From: Bacteroidota bacterium
GTDB lineage: Bacteria > Bacteroidota > Bacteroidia > Flavobacteriales > Flavobacteriaceae
DNA: 64,000 nucleotides
Direction: 5' to 3'
Assembly (NCBI GenBank): GCA_039805885.1
Contig: JBDLTG010000012.1
Span: forward strand, 3,237-67,236
Shown here: piece by piece, positions 19,885-29,124 of the stretch
Layout: every line of letters starts with the position of its first letter
Position numbering within the stretch: position 1 is the stretch's first letter
Made by a program: the position numbers and the translations under genes
Notes under the pieces: generated by a model
Databases searched by the model: none
Told to the model about the DNA's origin: nothing
The model's input: the letters and a program-made list of their open reading frames with translations, nothing else

Positions 19885-20424
19885 ATGATACATATTCCTG
19901 ATTTTGCACACGCATCTACTGTACAAATTATATTTTGTTTCTTAGCGTTTATCACTGTAATTACAGCATTTTTAGCCATTTTTAGTAGAAATCCTATCCA
20001 TAGCGCGCTTTACCTGGTTATTTGTTTTTTCTCTATAGCCGGTCATTACTTGTTATTGAACTCTCAGTTTTTAGCCATTGTTCACATTATAGTGTACTCG
20101 GGTGCGATTATGATTTTATTCCTTTTCACAATTATGTTGATGAACTTGAATAATCAAAATGAAGTCCACAAACCTCGTATAACACGATTGGGAGCTATAG
20201 TTTCCTTTTGTTTAATCTGTATTGTTTTGATTTTGGTATTTATCAATTCAAAACCTATAGCAGGAGAATACATTGCTACTGGAGAAGATTACCAATCGAT
20301 TAAAGTTTTAGGACGTGTTTTGTTAAACGAATACATGGTCCCTTTTGAATTTGCTTCTATCTTGCTTTTAACAGCAATGATTGGAGTTGTGTTATTGTCT
20401 AAAAAAGAAAAAACGGAGAAATAA
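19885..20424 (+). CDS. nuoJ: NADH-quinone oxidoreductase subunit J
   Basis: [29 protein letters not shown]. Confidence 0.96.
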   Translation: MIHIPDFAHASTVQIIFCFLAFITVITAFLAIFSRNPIHSALYLVICFFSIAGHYLLLNSQFLAIVHIIVYSGAIMILFLFTIMLMNLNNQNEVHKPRITRLGAIVSFCLICIVLILVFINSKPIAGEYIATGEDYQSIKVLGRVLLNEYMVPFEFASILLLTAMIGVVLLSKKEKTEK

Positions 20425-20425
20425 A

Positions 20426-20746
20426 ATGACAAATATTTTAAATGAAATAGGCATCGAGAACTATATCTTCCTTTCTGTAATACTTTTTTGTATTGGAGTA
20501 TTTGGAGTTTTATACAGACGAAATGCTATCATCGTATTTATGTCGATAGAAATTATGCTGAATGCGGTAAACCTTTTATTCGTAGCATTTTCAACCTATC
20601 ATCAGGATGCACAAGGGCAGGTATTTGTGTTTTTCTCTATGGCTGTGGCTGCTGCCGAAGTTGCAGTAGGTTTAGCAATTTTGGTGTCGATTTATAGAAA
20701 TTTAGGTTCGATTGATATTAATAATTTAAAAAACTTAAAAGGATAA
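20426..20746 (+). CDS. nuoK: NADH-quinone oxidoreductase subunit K
   Basis: [28 protein letters not shown]. Start MTNIL at 20426. Confidence 0.96.
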   Translation: MTNILNEIGIENYIFLSVILFCIGVFGVLYRRNAIIVFMSIEIMLNAVNLLFVAFSTYHQDAQGQVFVFFSMAVAAAEVAVGLAILVSIYRNLGSIDINNLKNLKG

Positions 20747-20752
20747 ACGATA

Positions 20753-22636
20753 ATGAATACGAATTTAGCTTTACTCTTATTATTAGCTCCTTTTTTAGGA
20801 TTTTTATTTAATATTTTCTTTGGAAAAAAGATTGGAAAATCGGCTTCAGGAATTATTGGAACATTGACTGTTGCAGTATCATTTGTAGCTACTGTTGTTT
20901 TTTTCCTGCAAATCAACGAAACTAAAGAAGCTGTCCAAATTGAATTATTCAATTGGATTCAAATTAGCAATTTCCGTGTGAATTTTGGTTTCTTGTTAGA
21001 CCAATTATCGATTTTGTGGTTGCTTTTTGTAACAGGAATTGGTTCTTTAATTCACCTCTACTCTATCAGCTACATGCATGATGATGAGAATATGCATAAG
21101 TTCTTTGCTTATTTGAATTTGTTTATCTTCTTCATGATTACATTAGTTATTGGAAGCAACTTATTGGTGCTATTTATTGGATGGGAAGGCGTTGGACTTT
21201 GTTCTTACTTGCTTATCGGATTTTGGCATAAAAACCAGGAATACAATGATGCGGCTAAAAAAGCTTTCATCATGAACAGAATAGGAGATTTAGGATTATT
21301 GATTGGTATTTTCATCATCGGTTCTATGTTCTCAACTTTAGATTATTCTACTTTAAAAACGGCTATTGCTACATCAAGTAATTTAGATCTTTACATGATT
21401 TCAATTGCTGCGTTTGCCCTGTTTATTGGAGCTTGTGGTAAATCGGCTCAGATTCCATTGTACACTTGGTTGCCTGATGCGATGGCTGGACCAACTCCCG
21501 TTTCTGCTTTGATTCACGCTGCTACGATGGTTACTGCTGGTATTTTCATGGTGACAAGATTGAATTTTGTATTCGATTTAGCTCCCGAAGTACAAAACAT
21601 TATTGCTATTGTAGGAGCTGTAACTTCATTAGTTGCTGCAACCATTGCTTTGGTTCAAACCGATATCAAAAAAGTATTGGCTTATTCTACCGTTTCCCAA
21701 TTAGGGTTAATGTTCTTGGCTTTAGGTTTTGGAGCTTATGAAATTGCTATTTTCCACGTAATCACACACGCTTTCTTTAAGGCTTGTTTGTTCTTAGGTT
21801 CAGGATCGGTAATTCATGCTTTACACGGAGAACAAGATATGCGCAGAATGGGTGGATTGAAAAAAATAATGGGAATCACCTTTATTACTTTCTTACTTTC
21901 GTCATTGGCTATTTCAGGAATTCCTCCTTTTTCAGGATTTTTCTCGAAAGATGAAATTTTAATGACTGCTTTTGAGCATAACAAAGCACTTTGGGTTATT
22001 GCTTCGCTCGCTTCTTTAATGACTGCGTTTTATATGTTCCGTTTGTTGTACTTGACTTTTTTCAAAGAATTCAGAGGAACAGAACATCAAAAAAGTCATT
22101 TACACGAAAGCCCGGCATTAATTACTTTCCCACTTATTGTTTTGGCAATTTTGGCGACTATTGGTGGTTTAATTAGTTTACCAACGAATAGCTGGTTGAG
22201 TGGTTATTTAGCACCTTTATTTTCGAAAGAAGCTCACGAAGCACACCATTTTGGCACAACAGAATATACCTTAATGGCTGTAGCAGTACTTGGTGGATTA
22301 ATCGGAATTACAATTGCTTTTGTAAAATACATTAAACAAAATCAGGTTCCAGCCGAAGATGCTGAAATTACAGGATTTGCAAAACTATTATACAACAAAT
22401 ATTATGTAGATGAAATCTATGATGCTATCTTCGTAAATTCAGTAAACGGCTTGTCCAGATTCTTTAGAGATTATGTCGAAACTACTTTATCAGCTGCAGT
22501 TTTTGGATTAGGAAAAGTAACCAACGAATTAAGTTACCAAGGGAAGAAATTACAAACAGGAAGTATTGGTTTTTACTTGTTTGTATTTGTTCTAGGACTT
22601 TGCAGCATAGTAACTTATTTATTTTTAGCTCAATAA
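20753..22636 (+). CDS. nuoL: NADH-quinone oxidoreductase subunit L
   Basis: WEGVGLCSYLLIGFW, GKSAQIPLYTWLPDAMAGPTPVSALIHAATMV, HAFFKA. Confidence 0.98.
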   Translation: MNTNLALLLLLAPFLGFLFNIFFGKKIGKSASGIIGTLTVAVSFVATVVFFLQINETKEAVQIELFNWIQISNFRVNFGFLLDQLSILWLLFVTGIGSLIHLYSISYMHDDENMHKFFAYLNLFIFFMITLVIGSNLLVLFIGWEGVGLCSYLLIGFWHKNQEYNDAAKKAFIMNRIGDLGLLIGIFIIGSMFSTLDYSTLKTAIATSSNLDLYMISIAAFALFIGACGKSAQIPLYTWLPDAMAGPTPVSALIHAATMVTAGIFMVTRLNFVFDLAPEVQNIIAIVGAVTSLVAATIALVQTDIKKVLAYSTVSQLGLMFLALGFGAYEIAIFHVITHAFFKACLFLGSGSVIHALHGEQDMRRMGGLKKIMGITFITFLLSSLAISGIPPFSGFFSKDEILMTAFEHNKALWVIASLASLMTAFYMFRLLYLTFFKEFRGTEHQKSHLHESPALITFPLIVLAILATIGGLISLPTNSWLSGYLAPLFSKEAHEAHHFGTTEYTLMAVAVLGGLIGITIAFVKYIKQNQVPAEDAEITGFAKLLYNKYYVDEIYDAIFVNSVNGLSRFFRDYVETTLSAAVFGLGKVTNELSYQGKKLQTGSIGFYLFVFVLGLCSIVTYLFLAQ

Positions 22637-22645
22637 TTTTATATC

Positions 22646-24088
22646 ATGAACGTATCAGTACTATTAATTATACTTCTTGTTGGCTCATTTGCGACTTATT
22701 TTGCCGGTGATAAGCTAGCTTCAAAAGTGGCATTATTATTCAGCTTATTCGCCTTAGGAACTTCAATTGCTTTATTGAATATTTATAATGCAGGTGAAAA
22801 CATCAGTTGTTTTAAATTTTGGATTAACAATCCTTCGATTTCTTATTCGTTAACAGCCGATGGATTATCAATGATCATGTTATTATTAACTACAGCATTG
22901 ACTCCTTTAATTATCTATTCTTCTTTTGGAAACGAATATAAAAATGCTAAATCATTTTATGCACTAATCCTGTTTATGACATTTGCTATGTCTGGAACAT
23001 TCTTAGCATCTGATGGGCTTTTGTATTATATTTTCTGGGAATTATCATTAATCCCTATTTACTTCATTGCTTTAATTTGGGGTAATGGAGATACCGAAGA
23101 ACGCAAAAAAGCAGTAGTTAAATTCTTTATCTATACCCTTGCAGGTTCTTTGTTCATGCTAATTGCTTTTGTTTATTTATACCAAAAAGCAGGTAGTTTC
23201 CTGATCCAGGATTTATACAAATTAGAATTAAGCCGAATGGAACAATTCTGGATTTTCTGGGCATTCTTCTTAGCTTATGCTATCAAAATTCCGATTATCC
23301 CTTTCCACACCTGGCAGGCAAAAGTGTACCAAAAAGCTCCAACAGTTGGAACTATGCTTTTATCAGGTATTATGCTAAAAATGGGATTGTATAGCGTGTT
23401 GCGTTGGCAACTACCATTAACTCCTATTGCTGCAAAAACTTATTTACCTATACTGATTGGCTTGGGGATTGCAGGAGTAATCTATGGTTCGATTGTAGCT
23501 TTAAGACAAAAAGATTTGAAAAAATTATTGGCTTATTCTTCATTGGCACACGTTGGATTAATTGCTGCAGGAGCTTACACCTTAACAATTGACGGTTTAC
23601 GAGGAACGGTTTTACAAATGATTGCTCACGGTTTTGTTGTAGTTGGATTATTCTTTGCTGCCGAAATTGTTTATAGAAGATACGAAACCAGAACCATTGC
23701 TGATATGGGTGGTATTCGAACTCAAGCACCAAAATTTGCTTCGATGTTTATGATTTTGGTTTTGGCATCTGTAGCCTTACCAACTACTTTTAACTTTGTT
23801 GGAGAATTCACGGTTTTATACAGTCTTTCTCAAATCAATCTATGGTTTGCTCTTTTAGGAGGAACAACCATTATTTTAGGTGCTTATTATATGTTGAAAA
23901 TGTACCAACAAGTAATGCTTGGAGAAACGAATACAAAAGTATTTGCTGATGTAACTTTCCACGAAGGCTTAGTTTTGGTTATTATAATTGCAGTTTTATT
24001 CTTTTTTGGATTGTATCCAAGGCCAATTAATGAGTTAATCACTCCTTGTTTGGATCAGATTTTAAGAACAATAAATAAAATTCAGTAA
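22646..24088 (+). CDS. nuoM: NADH-quinone oxidoreductase subunit M
   Basis: FWELSLIP, KIPIIPFHTW, LKKLLAYSSLAH, NFVGEF. Confidence 0.97.
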   Translation: MNVSVLLIILLVGSFATYFAGDKLASKVALLFSLFALGTSIALLNIYNAGENISCFKFWINNPSISYSLTADGLSMIMLLLTTALTPLIIYSSFGNEYKNAKSFYALILFMTFAMSGTFLASDGLLYYIFWELSLIPIYFIALIWGNGDTEERKKAVVKFFIYTLAGSLFMLIAFVYLYQKAGSFLIQDLYKLELSRMEQFWIFWAFFLAYAIKIPIIPFHTWQAKVYQKAPTVGTMLLSGIMLKMGLYSVLRWQLPLTPIAAKTYLPILIGLGIAGVIYGSIVALRQKDLKKLLAYSSLAHVGLIAAGAYTLTIDGLRGTVLQMIAHGFVVVGLFFAAEIVYRRYETRTIADMGGIRTQAPKFASMFMILVLASVALPTTFNFVGEFTVLYSLSQINLWFALLGGTTIILGAYYMLKMYQQVMLGETNTKVFADVTFHEGLVLVIIIAVLFFFGLYPRPINELITPCLDQILRTINKIQ

Positions 24089-24099
24089 TAAATTCACAC

Positions 24100-24145
24100 T
24101 AAAGATTTAAGTCTTTTGATCTTAAATCCTGAATCACTAAATAAA
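24100..24145. repeat. Short hairpin plus heptamer-periodic tail between nuoM and nuoN
   Basis: GATTTAAG...CTTAAATC stem, then AAATCCT-GAATCAC-TAAATAA at 7-nt period. Confidence 0.45.
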
Positions 24146-24147
24146 AT

Positions 24148-25518
24148 ATGAACACATTAATAGCAATAATAGGATTAGGTATTTTATGCCTTATATTAGA
24201 AATTTTTGATGCTAGAAAAGCAATTATTCCAGTTGTAGTTATTGGGTTATTGGCTGTACTGGGATTAGATATTTCTGAATTTAATAGCCCTAACGCCTAC
24301 TACAACAACATGATTATTGTAGGCAAATTTTCGTCTGCATTTTCAGCGTTATTTATCATACTAACTATTTTCTTAGTGAGTTTAGGTCATAAGTTTTATG
24401 AAAATCATCAAACTAAAATCTCCGATTTTATTGCCATAAAAATATTCTTGCTGTCGGGAGCTGTAGCCATGGTTTCTTTTGGAAACTTAGCGATGTTCTT
24501 TTTAGGAATCGAAGTTCTATCTATTGCCTTATATGTTTTGGCATCAAGCAACCGATTGAGCATTAAAAGCAATGAAGCCGGTTTGAAGTATTTCTTGATG
24601 GGTTCATTTGCTTCTGGAATTATCCTTTTTGGTATCTGTTTAATTTACGGTGCTATGGGAAGTTTTGATGTTATTGAAATTAGCGAATTATCGCGTTCTG
24701 CCGAATTACCAATTTGGTTCCCAATTGGAATTGTTTTGGTTTTTATTGGAATGCTTTTCAAAATTGCAGCTGTACCTTTTCATTTTTGGGCACCCGATGT
24801 ATACGAAGGTTCTCCTGCTTTAACAACGGCTTTAATGAGTACTTTAGCAAAAGTAGTAGCCATTGCTACCCTATACAAATTGGTTAAAACCATGAATGCT
24901 GATATTTCTCCTTCGTTCCAATTAATAATTGTAATTATATCAATTGCTTCGATGAGCGTTGGAAATATCATGGCTTTACGCCAGGTAAATGTAAAACGTA
25001 TGTTGGCTTTTTCTGGTATTTCACATGCCGGATTTATGTTAATGACTTTATTAAGTACTGTCAAATCTTCTGGAACATTATTGTACTATACTTCGGCTTA
25101 TGCCTTAGCAGGAATCGCCGCTTTTAGCGTGATTTTATATGTTTGTAAAACCAAAGAAAATGAAGACATCACTAATTTCCACGGTTTAGGAAAAAACAAT
25201 CCATTAATGGCAGCTATCTTAACTGCTTCCTTACTTTCTATGGCCGGTATTCCAATATTCAGTGGTTTCTTCGCTAAATTGTTTTTATTCAATCAAACTA
25301 TTCAAGCTGGATTTATTGCCTTAGTCATCGTTGCCGTAATCAATTCGATTATAAGTGTGGGGTACTACTTTAAATTGATTTTAGCAATGTATACCAAAGA
25401 ACCAAACGAAGCTAAAATTCCAACTCCAGCAGTTATTTATGTTGTAGCAGTTATTTCAATTGTTTTAAATATCGCTTTAGGTTTATTCCCATCCTTTGTT
25501 TTGGATCTATTAGGATAA
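24148..25518 (+). CDS. nuoN: NADH-quinone oxidoreductase subunit N
   Basis: EAGLKYFLMGS, FKIAAVPFHFWAPDVYEGSP, KRMLAFSGISHAG. Confidence 0.97.
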   Translation: MNTLIAIIGLGILCLILEIFDARKAIIPVVVIGLLAVLGLDISEFNSPNAYYNNMIIVGKFSSAFSALFIILTIFLVSLGHKFYENHQTKISDFIAIKIFLLSGAVAMVSFGNLAMFFLGIEVLSIALYVLASSNRLSIKSNEAGLKYFLMGSFASGIILFGICLIYGAMGSFDVIEISELSRSAELPIWFPIGIVLVFIGMLFKIAAVPFHFWAPDVYEGSPALTTALMSTLAKVVAIATLYKLVKTMNADISPSFQLIIVIISIASMSVGNIMALRQVNVKRMLAFSGISHAGFMLMTLLSTVKSSGTLLYYTSAYALAGIAAFSVILYVCKTKENEDITNFHGLGKNNPLMAAILTASLLSMAGIPIFSGFFAKLFLFNQTIQAGFIALVIVAVINSIISVGYYFKLILAMYTKEPNEAKIPTPAVIYVVAVISIVLNIALGLFPSFVLDLLG

Positions 25519-25543
25519 AAAACTTCATTTCAAATTATACAAT

Positions 25544-25576
25544 AGCCATCAAGAGTGATATTTTGATGGCTTTTTG
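25544..25576 (+). terminator. Terminator of nuo operon
   Basis: AGCCATCAA...TTGATGGCTTTTT. Confidence 0.8.
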
Positions 25577-25651
25577 GTTTTCCAAAACATTTACTTCGGT
25601 CTCCTTTTCCTAATAAAACTTAAAAGCCCTACTTTTCCAAAAGCATTTCGT

Positions 25652-25659
25652 TACATTTG
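25652..25659 (+). promoter_or_regulatory. -7 promoter element for DsbA/Gfo operon
   Basis: TACATTTG 39 nt before the ATG. Confidence 0.55.
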
Positions 25660-25698
25660 TATATACAAATAATAGATTATTCACTTTAAAAAATAAAG

Positions 25699-26415
25699 AT
25701 GGAAAATAAATTAAACATACAAATCTGGTCGGATATTATGTGTCCGTTTTGTTATATAGGAAAGAGAAGATTAGAAAATGCTATCGCGCAATTTGGTCAT
25801 CACGATACCATTGAAATCGAGTGGAAAAGCTTTCAGCTAGATCCCAATTTCATAGCCTCGGAAGACGATAATTTAGTGGAGCATCTTGCTGAAAAATATA
25901 GAAAAGATAAAGATTGGGCTATTGAATCCTTAGAAAACATGACTCAAAATGCTGCGAATTCAGGATTAGAATTTCATTTTGAAAAAGCCATTATGGCCAA
26001 TTCATTAAATGCCCACCGTTTATTGCATTTAGCAAAAGAACATCAATTGGCAAACAAATTAAAAGAACTGCTATTTAAAGCCTATTTAACAGACGGAGAA
26101 GATGTAAATAACAAAGAAACTTTAAAGCAATTAGGGATTCATACAGGACTTGATGCTAACAAAATAGACGAAGTACTTAACTCTAATCTTTATTCCAAAG
26201 AAGTACAAGAAGACATGCTGACCGCACAAAAAATCGGAGTTCAGGGAGTTCCCTTTTTTGTTTTCGAAAACAAATATGCTATTTCGGGAGCCCAACATGT
26301 GGAAACCTTTGTAAAAACACTGGAAAAAGTTTGGGAAGAAGGAAAATTCGAATCAAAAATTACTATCTTGAACGCTACTTCAGAAAATAGCTGTGGTATT
26401 GATGGTTGTAATTAA
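25699..26415 (+). CDS. DsbA-family oxidoreductase (FrnE-like)
   Basis: WSDIMCPFCYIG, GVQGVPFF, ISGAQ, C-terminal SCGIDGC. Confidence 0.93.
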   Translation: MENKLNIQIWSDIMCPFCYIGKRRLENAIAQFGHHDTIEIEWKSFQLDPNFIASEDDNLVEHLAEKYRKDKDWAIESLENMTQNAANSGLEFHFEKAIMANSLNAHRLLHLAKEHQLANKLKELLFKAYLTDGEDVNNKETLKQLGIHTGLDANKIDEVLNSNLYSKEVQEDMLTAQKIGVQGVPFFVFENKYAISGAQHVETFVKTLEKVWEEGKFESKITILNATSENSCGIDGCN

Positions 26416-26426
26416 TTAAGATAATA

Positions 26427-27419
26427 ATGAGTACTATAAATAAAGAGAATACAATTATTCGTTGGGGAATTATAGGTTGCGGAGATGTAACCGAAAAGAA
26501 AAGTGGTCCGGCATATCAAAAGACAGCAGGTTTCGAAATCGTAGCTGTTATGCGAAGAGATGCTGAAAAAGCTGCAGATTATGCTAAAAGACACGGAATC
26601 CAAAAATTCTATTCGGATGCTGATGCATTGATCAATGACCCCGAAATTGACGCTGTTTATATAGCAACTCCTCCTGATTCGCATAAATTATACGGATTAA
26701 AAGTGGCCGAAGCAGGTAAAATATGCTGTATCGAAAAGCCATTGGCTCCAAGCTATGAAGACAGTAAAGCCATTTATGAAGCTTTCAAAACTAAAAATAT
26801 TCCGCTATTTACAGCTTATTACAGACGCACTTTACCCCGCTTTAAGCAAATTAAAAAATGGCTGGAAGCCAATAGCATTGGACAAATCAGACATATCAAT
26901 TGGCATTTAAGCAAACCCGCTTCTCCGCAAGATTTATCAGGTTTGTACAATTGGCGTACCGATGTTGAAGTTGCTAAAGGAGGCTATTTTGATGATTTAG
27001 CCAGTCATGGATTGGATTTATTCAATTATCTATTAGGAGATATTACTGAAGTTTCAGGGATGAGTCTGAATCAGCAAGGTTTATATTCTGCAAAAGATGC
27101 CTTAGTGGCCTGCTGGAAACACGAAAGTGGTATTACAGGAACGGGTAGTTGGAATTTTGGATGTGCTACAAGAGAGGACAAAGTAATTATTTATGGAAGC
27201 CAAGGAACAATAGAATTTTCAATATTCGATGAAAATCCAATAATCCTAACAAATGAAAACGGGATAATTCCACTTGTAATAGATCATCCGGAAAACGTAC
27301 AACTTCATCATGTACAACAAATGAAAGAGCATTTATTTGATCAGGGAATTCATCCTTCCAGCGGAGCATCAGCTACACATACCAGCTGGATTATGGATAA
27401 AATAATGGGAACTCTATAA
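26427..27419 (+). CDS. Gfo/Idh/MocA-family oxidoreductase
   Basis: WGIIGCG, DAVYIATP, CIEKP, GGYFDDLASHGLD. Confidence 0.92.
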   Translation: MSTINKENTIIRWGIIGCGDVTEKKSGPAYQKTAGFEIVAVMRRDAEKAADYAKRHGIQKFYSDADALINDPEIDAVYIATPPDSHKLYGLKVAEAGKICCIEKPLAPSYEDSKAIYEAFKTKNIPLFTAYYRRTLPRFKQIKKWLEANSIGQIRHINWHLSKPASPQDLSGLYNWRTDVEVAKGGYFDDLASHGLDLFNYLLGDITEVSGMSLNQQGLYSAKDALVACWKHESGITGTGSWNFGCATREDKVIIYGSQGTIEFSIFDENPIILTNENGIIPLVIDHPENVQLHHVQQMKEHLFDQGIHPSSGASATHTSWIMDKIMGTL

Positions 27420-27423
27420 AATA

Positions 27424-27456
27424 AAAAAAAGCTTCAAATATTGAAGCTTTCTTTTT
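27424..27456. terminator. Bidirectional terminator
   Basis: AAAGCTTCAA-ata-TTGAAGCTTT flanked by A and T runs. Confidence 0.82.
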
Positions 27457-27582
27457 CACTACACAAACTAATTACTAACTAATAGCAAATTTCTAACCAC
27501 TGTTCTATTATCATAATTCGTGCCAAAAAAATAAATTCAAACTTTTTTATTAAAATAATTATTTAAAACACCTCTTTCAATA

Positions 27583-27954
27583 TTACAAAGTTGGTTTCAC
27601 CACTTCAGAAAGAGGGTCAGACATAATGGTTGCTGAATCATTTAAAACTAAAACCTCATATTTTGTAGTTTTAGTTTTTGATTCCTCAACTAAATAATAC
27701 ACCCCTTCGTTAAAGTTATTTAAGTCATAACTTCTAACTACTTTTCCGTCCACAGTTAGGCTCTCACTATGGATTAACTTATCATCAGCATCATAAATAC
27801 TTACTTTAATTTGATCTTTATCCTCTAGACCAAATGAAATCATTTTTTCTTGTCGAAATTTATTATGTAAGGAGAAATTAACTGCAACAGCATACACATT
27901 CATAGCCAATAAAACTATTCCTAGTACTAAACTAATTTTAAAAATCTTTTTCAT
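27583..27954 (-). CDS. Small secreted protein resembling a T9SS-CTD/DUF3244-like Ig domain (paralog 1)
   Basis: Signal peptide MKKIFKISLVLGIVLLAMNVYA; VSIYDADDKLIHS..YDLNNFNEGVYYL pattern; clear paralog of 51620-52021. Confidence 0.75.
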   Translation of the reverse strand: MKKIFKISLVLGIVLLAMNVYAVAVNFSLHNKFRQEKMISFGLEDKDQIKVSIYDADDKLIHSESLTVDGKVVRSYDLNNFNEGVYYLVEESKTKTTKYEVLVLNDSATIMSDPLSEVVKPTL

Positions 27955-27962
27955 AACAACTG

Positions 27963-28098
27963 TTTTTAGATTTATAATCATTTAACACCATCAAAGGTAT
28001 TATAAGCTTTAACTCAAAAAGAACTGTAGATTTTCCAATTAGTATGTTATTTTACCTTTTACGAAAACGTTTTAGCATCGTATAGATAATATTACATA
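27963..28098. promoter_or_regulatory. Divergent promoter region with conserved operator block (copy 1)
   Basis: Minus-strand -7 element (CAAAGGTA on plus, 27992-27999). 33-nt block 28043-28075 is 31/33 identical to 52112-52144. Inverted 14-mer at 28085-28098. Confidence 0.7.
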
Positions 28099-28140
28099 TT
28101 TTTTAGTTAATTTAGTATAGCCAAATTAAAAACTATCAAA

Positions 28141-29010
28141 ATGAAATCAAACCTACCAACACTCAAAATCATAGAACCTTCGTTTGGAAGTTCGTTCACA
28201 TTGACCAAATACGATATTAATTACAACTCTCATTTCTGGCATTATCATCCGGAAATAGAATTGATTTATGTAAATGGTGGAGCAGGAAAACGCCAAGTAG
28301 GAAGTCATATTTCTTATTATTCTAATGGCGATTTGACTTTAATAGGTAGCAATTTACCGCACTGTGGTTTTACAGACGAACTAACAGGAAACAAAAATGA
28401 GATTGTTATTCAAATGAAACCCGATTTTCTGGGAGAACATTTTTTCAACATTCCTGAAATGCGAAACATTAAAGACTTATTACAACAAGCCAAGTCAGGA
28501 ATTACTTTTGGTGGAAAAACGAAGAGAAAAATTGGGAAGAAAATTGGAAAAATGGAAGACCAAACTCCGTTTGAGCGTTTATTAAGCATTATCGAAATCT
28601 TCAATGAGTTAGAATTAGCCACCGAAGATGCTACGGTATTAAACGCCCAAGGTTTTCGAATGGAAATGCACGTTCAAGACAATGAAAGAATCAATTACAT
28701 TTTTAATCATGTAAAGGATAATTTTAAAGAACCTATCCGACTCGAAGAAATGGCAGAAAAGGTAAGCATGACCGTGCCTTCATTTTGCCGTTATTTCAAA
28801 AAAATAACCCATAAAACCTTTACTAAATTCGTAAACGATTATAGATTGGTTCATGCCTGTAAATTATTAGCCGAAAAACCCATAAGCATATCGGCAATTG
28901 CTTTTGAAAGCGGCTTTAATAATTTCAGTCATTTTAATAAATCATTCAAAGAATTTACCGGAAAAAATGCCTCGGAATACAGACATGAATTAAAATCGTT
29001 TTTGGAGTAA
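28141..29010 (+). CDS. AraC-family transcriptional regulator (cupin + HTH)
   Basis: WHYHPEIELIY cupin domain; FCRYFKK..AFESGFNNFSHFNKSFK C-terminal HTH. Confidence 0.95.
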   Translation: MKSNLPTLKIIEPSFGSSFTLTKYDINYNSHFWHYHPEIELIYVNGGAGKRQVGSHISYYSNGDLTLIGSNLPHCGFTDELTGNKNEIVIQMKPDFLGEHFFNIPEMRNIKDLLQQAKSGITFGGKTKRKIGKKIGKMEDQTPFERLLSIIEIFNELELATEDATVLNAQGFRMEMHVQDNERINYIFNHVKDNFKEPIRLEEMAEKVSMTVPSFCRYFKKITHKTFTKFVNDYRLVHACKLLAEKPISISAIAFESGFNNFSHFNKSFKEFTGKNASEYRHELKSFLE

Positions 29011-29124
29011 AAAACCAGCAATTAAATGCTATTTTCTTTCCTTACACATGATTTATATTTGATTCAAATTTCTAAAAAGAGTTCTTAATTATGATAAAGC
29101 ATTATATTTAAAATTGCATAAAAA

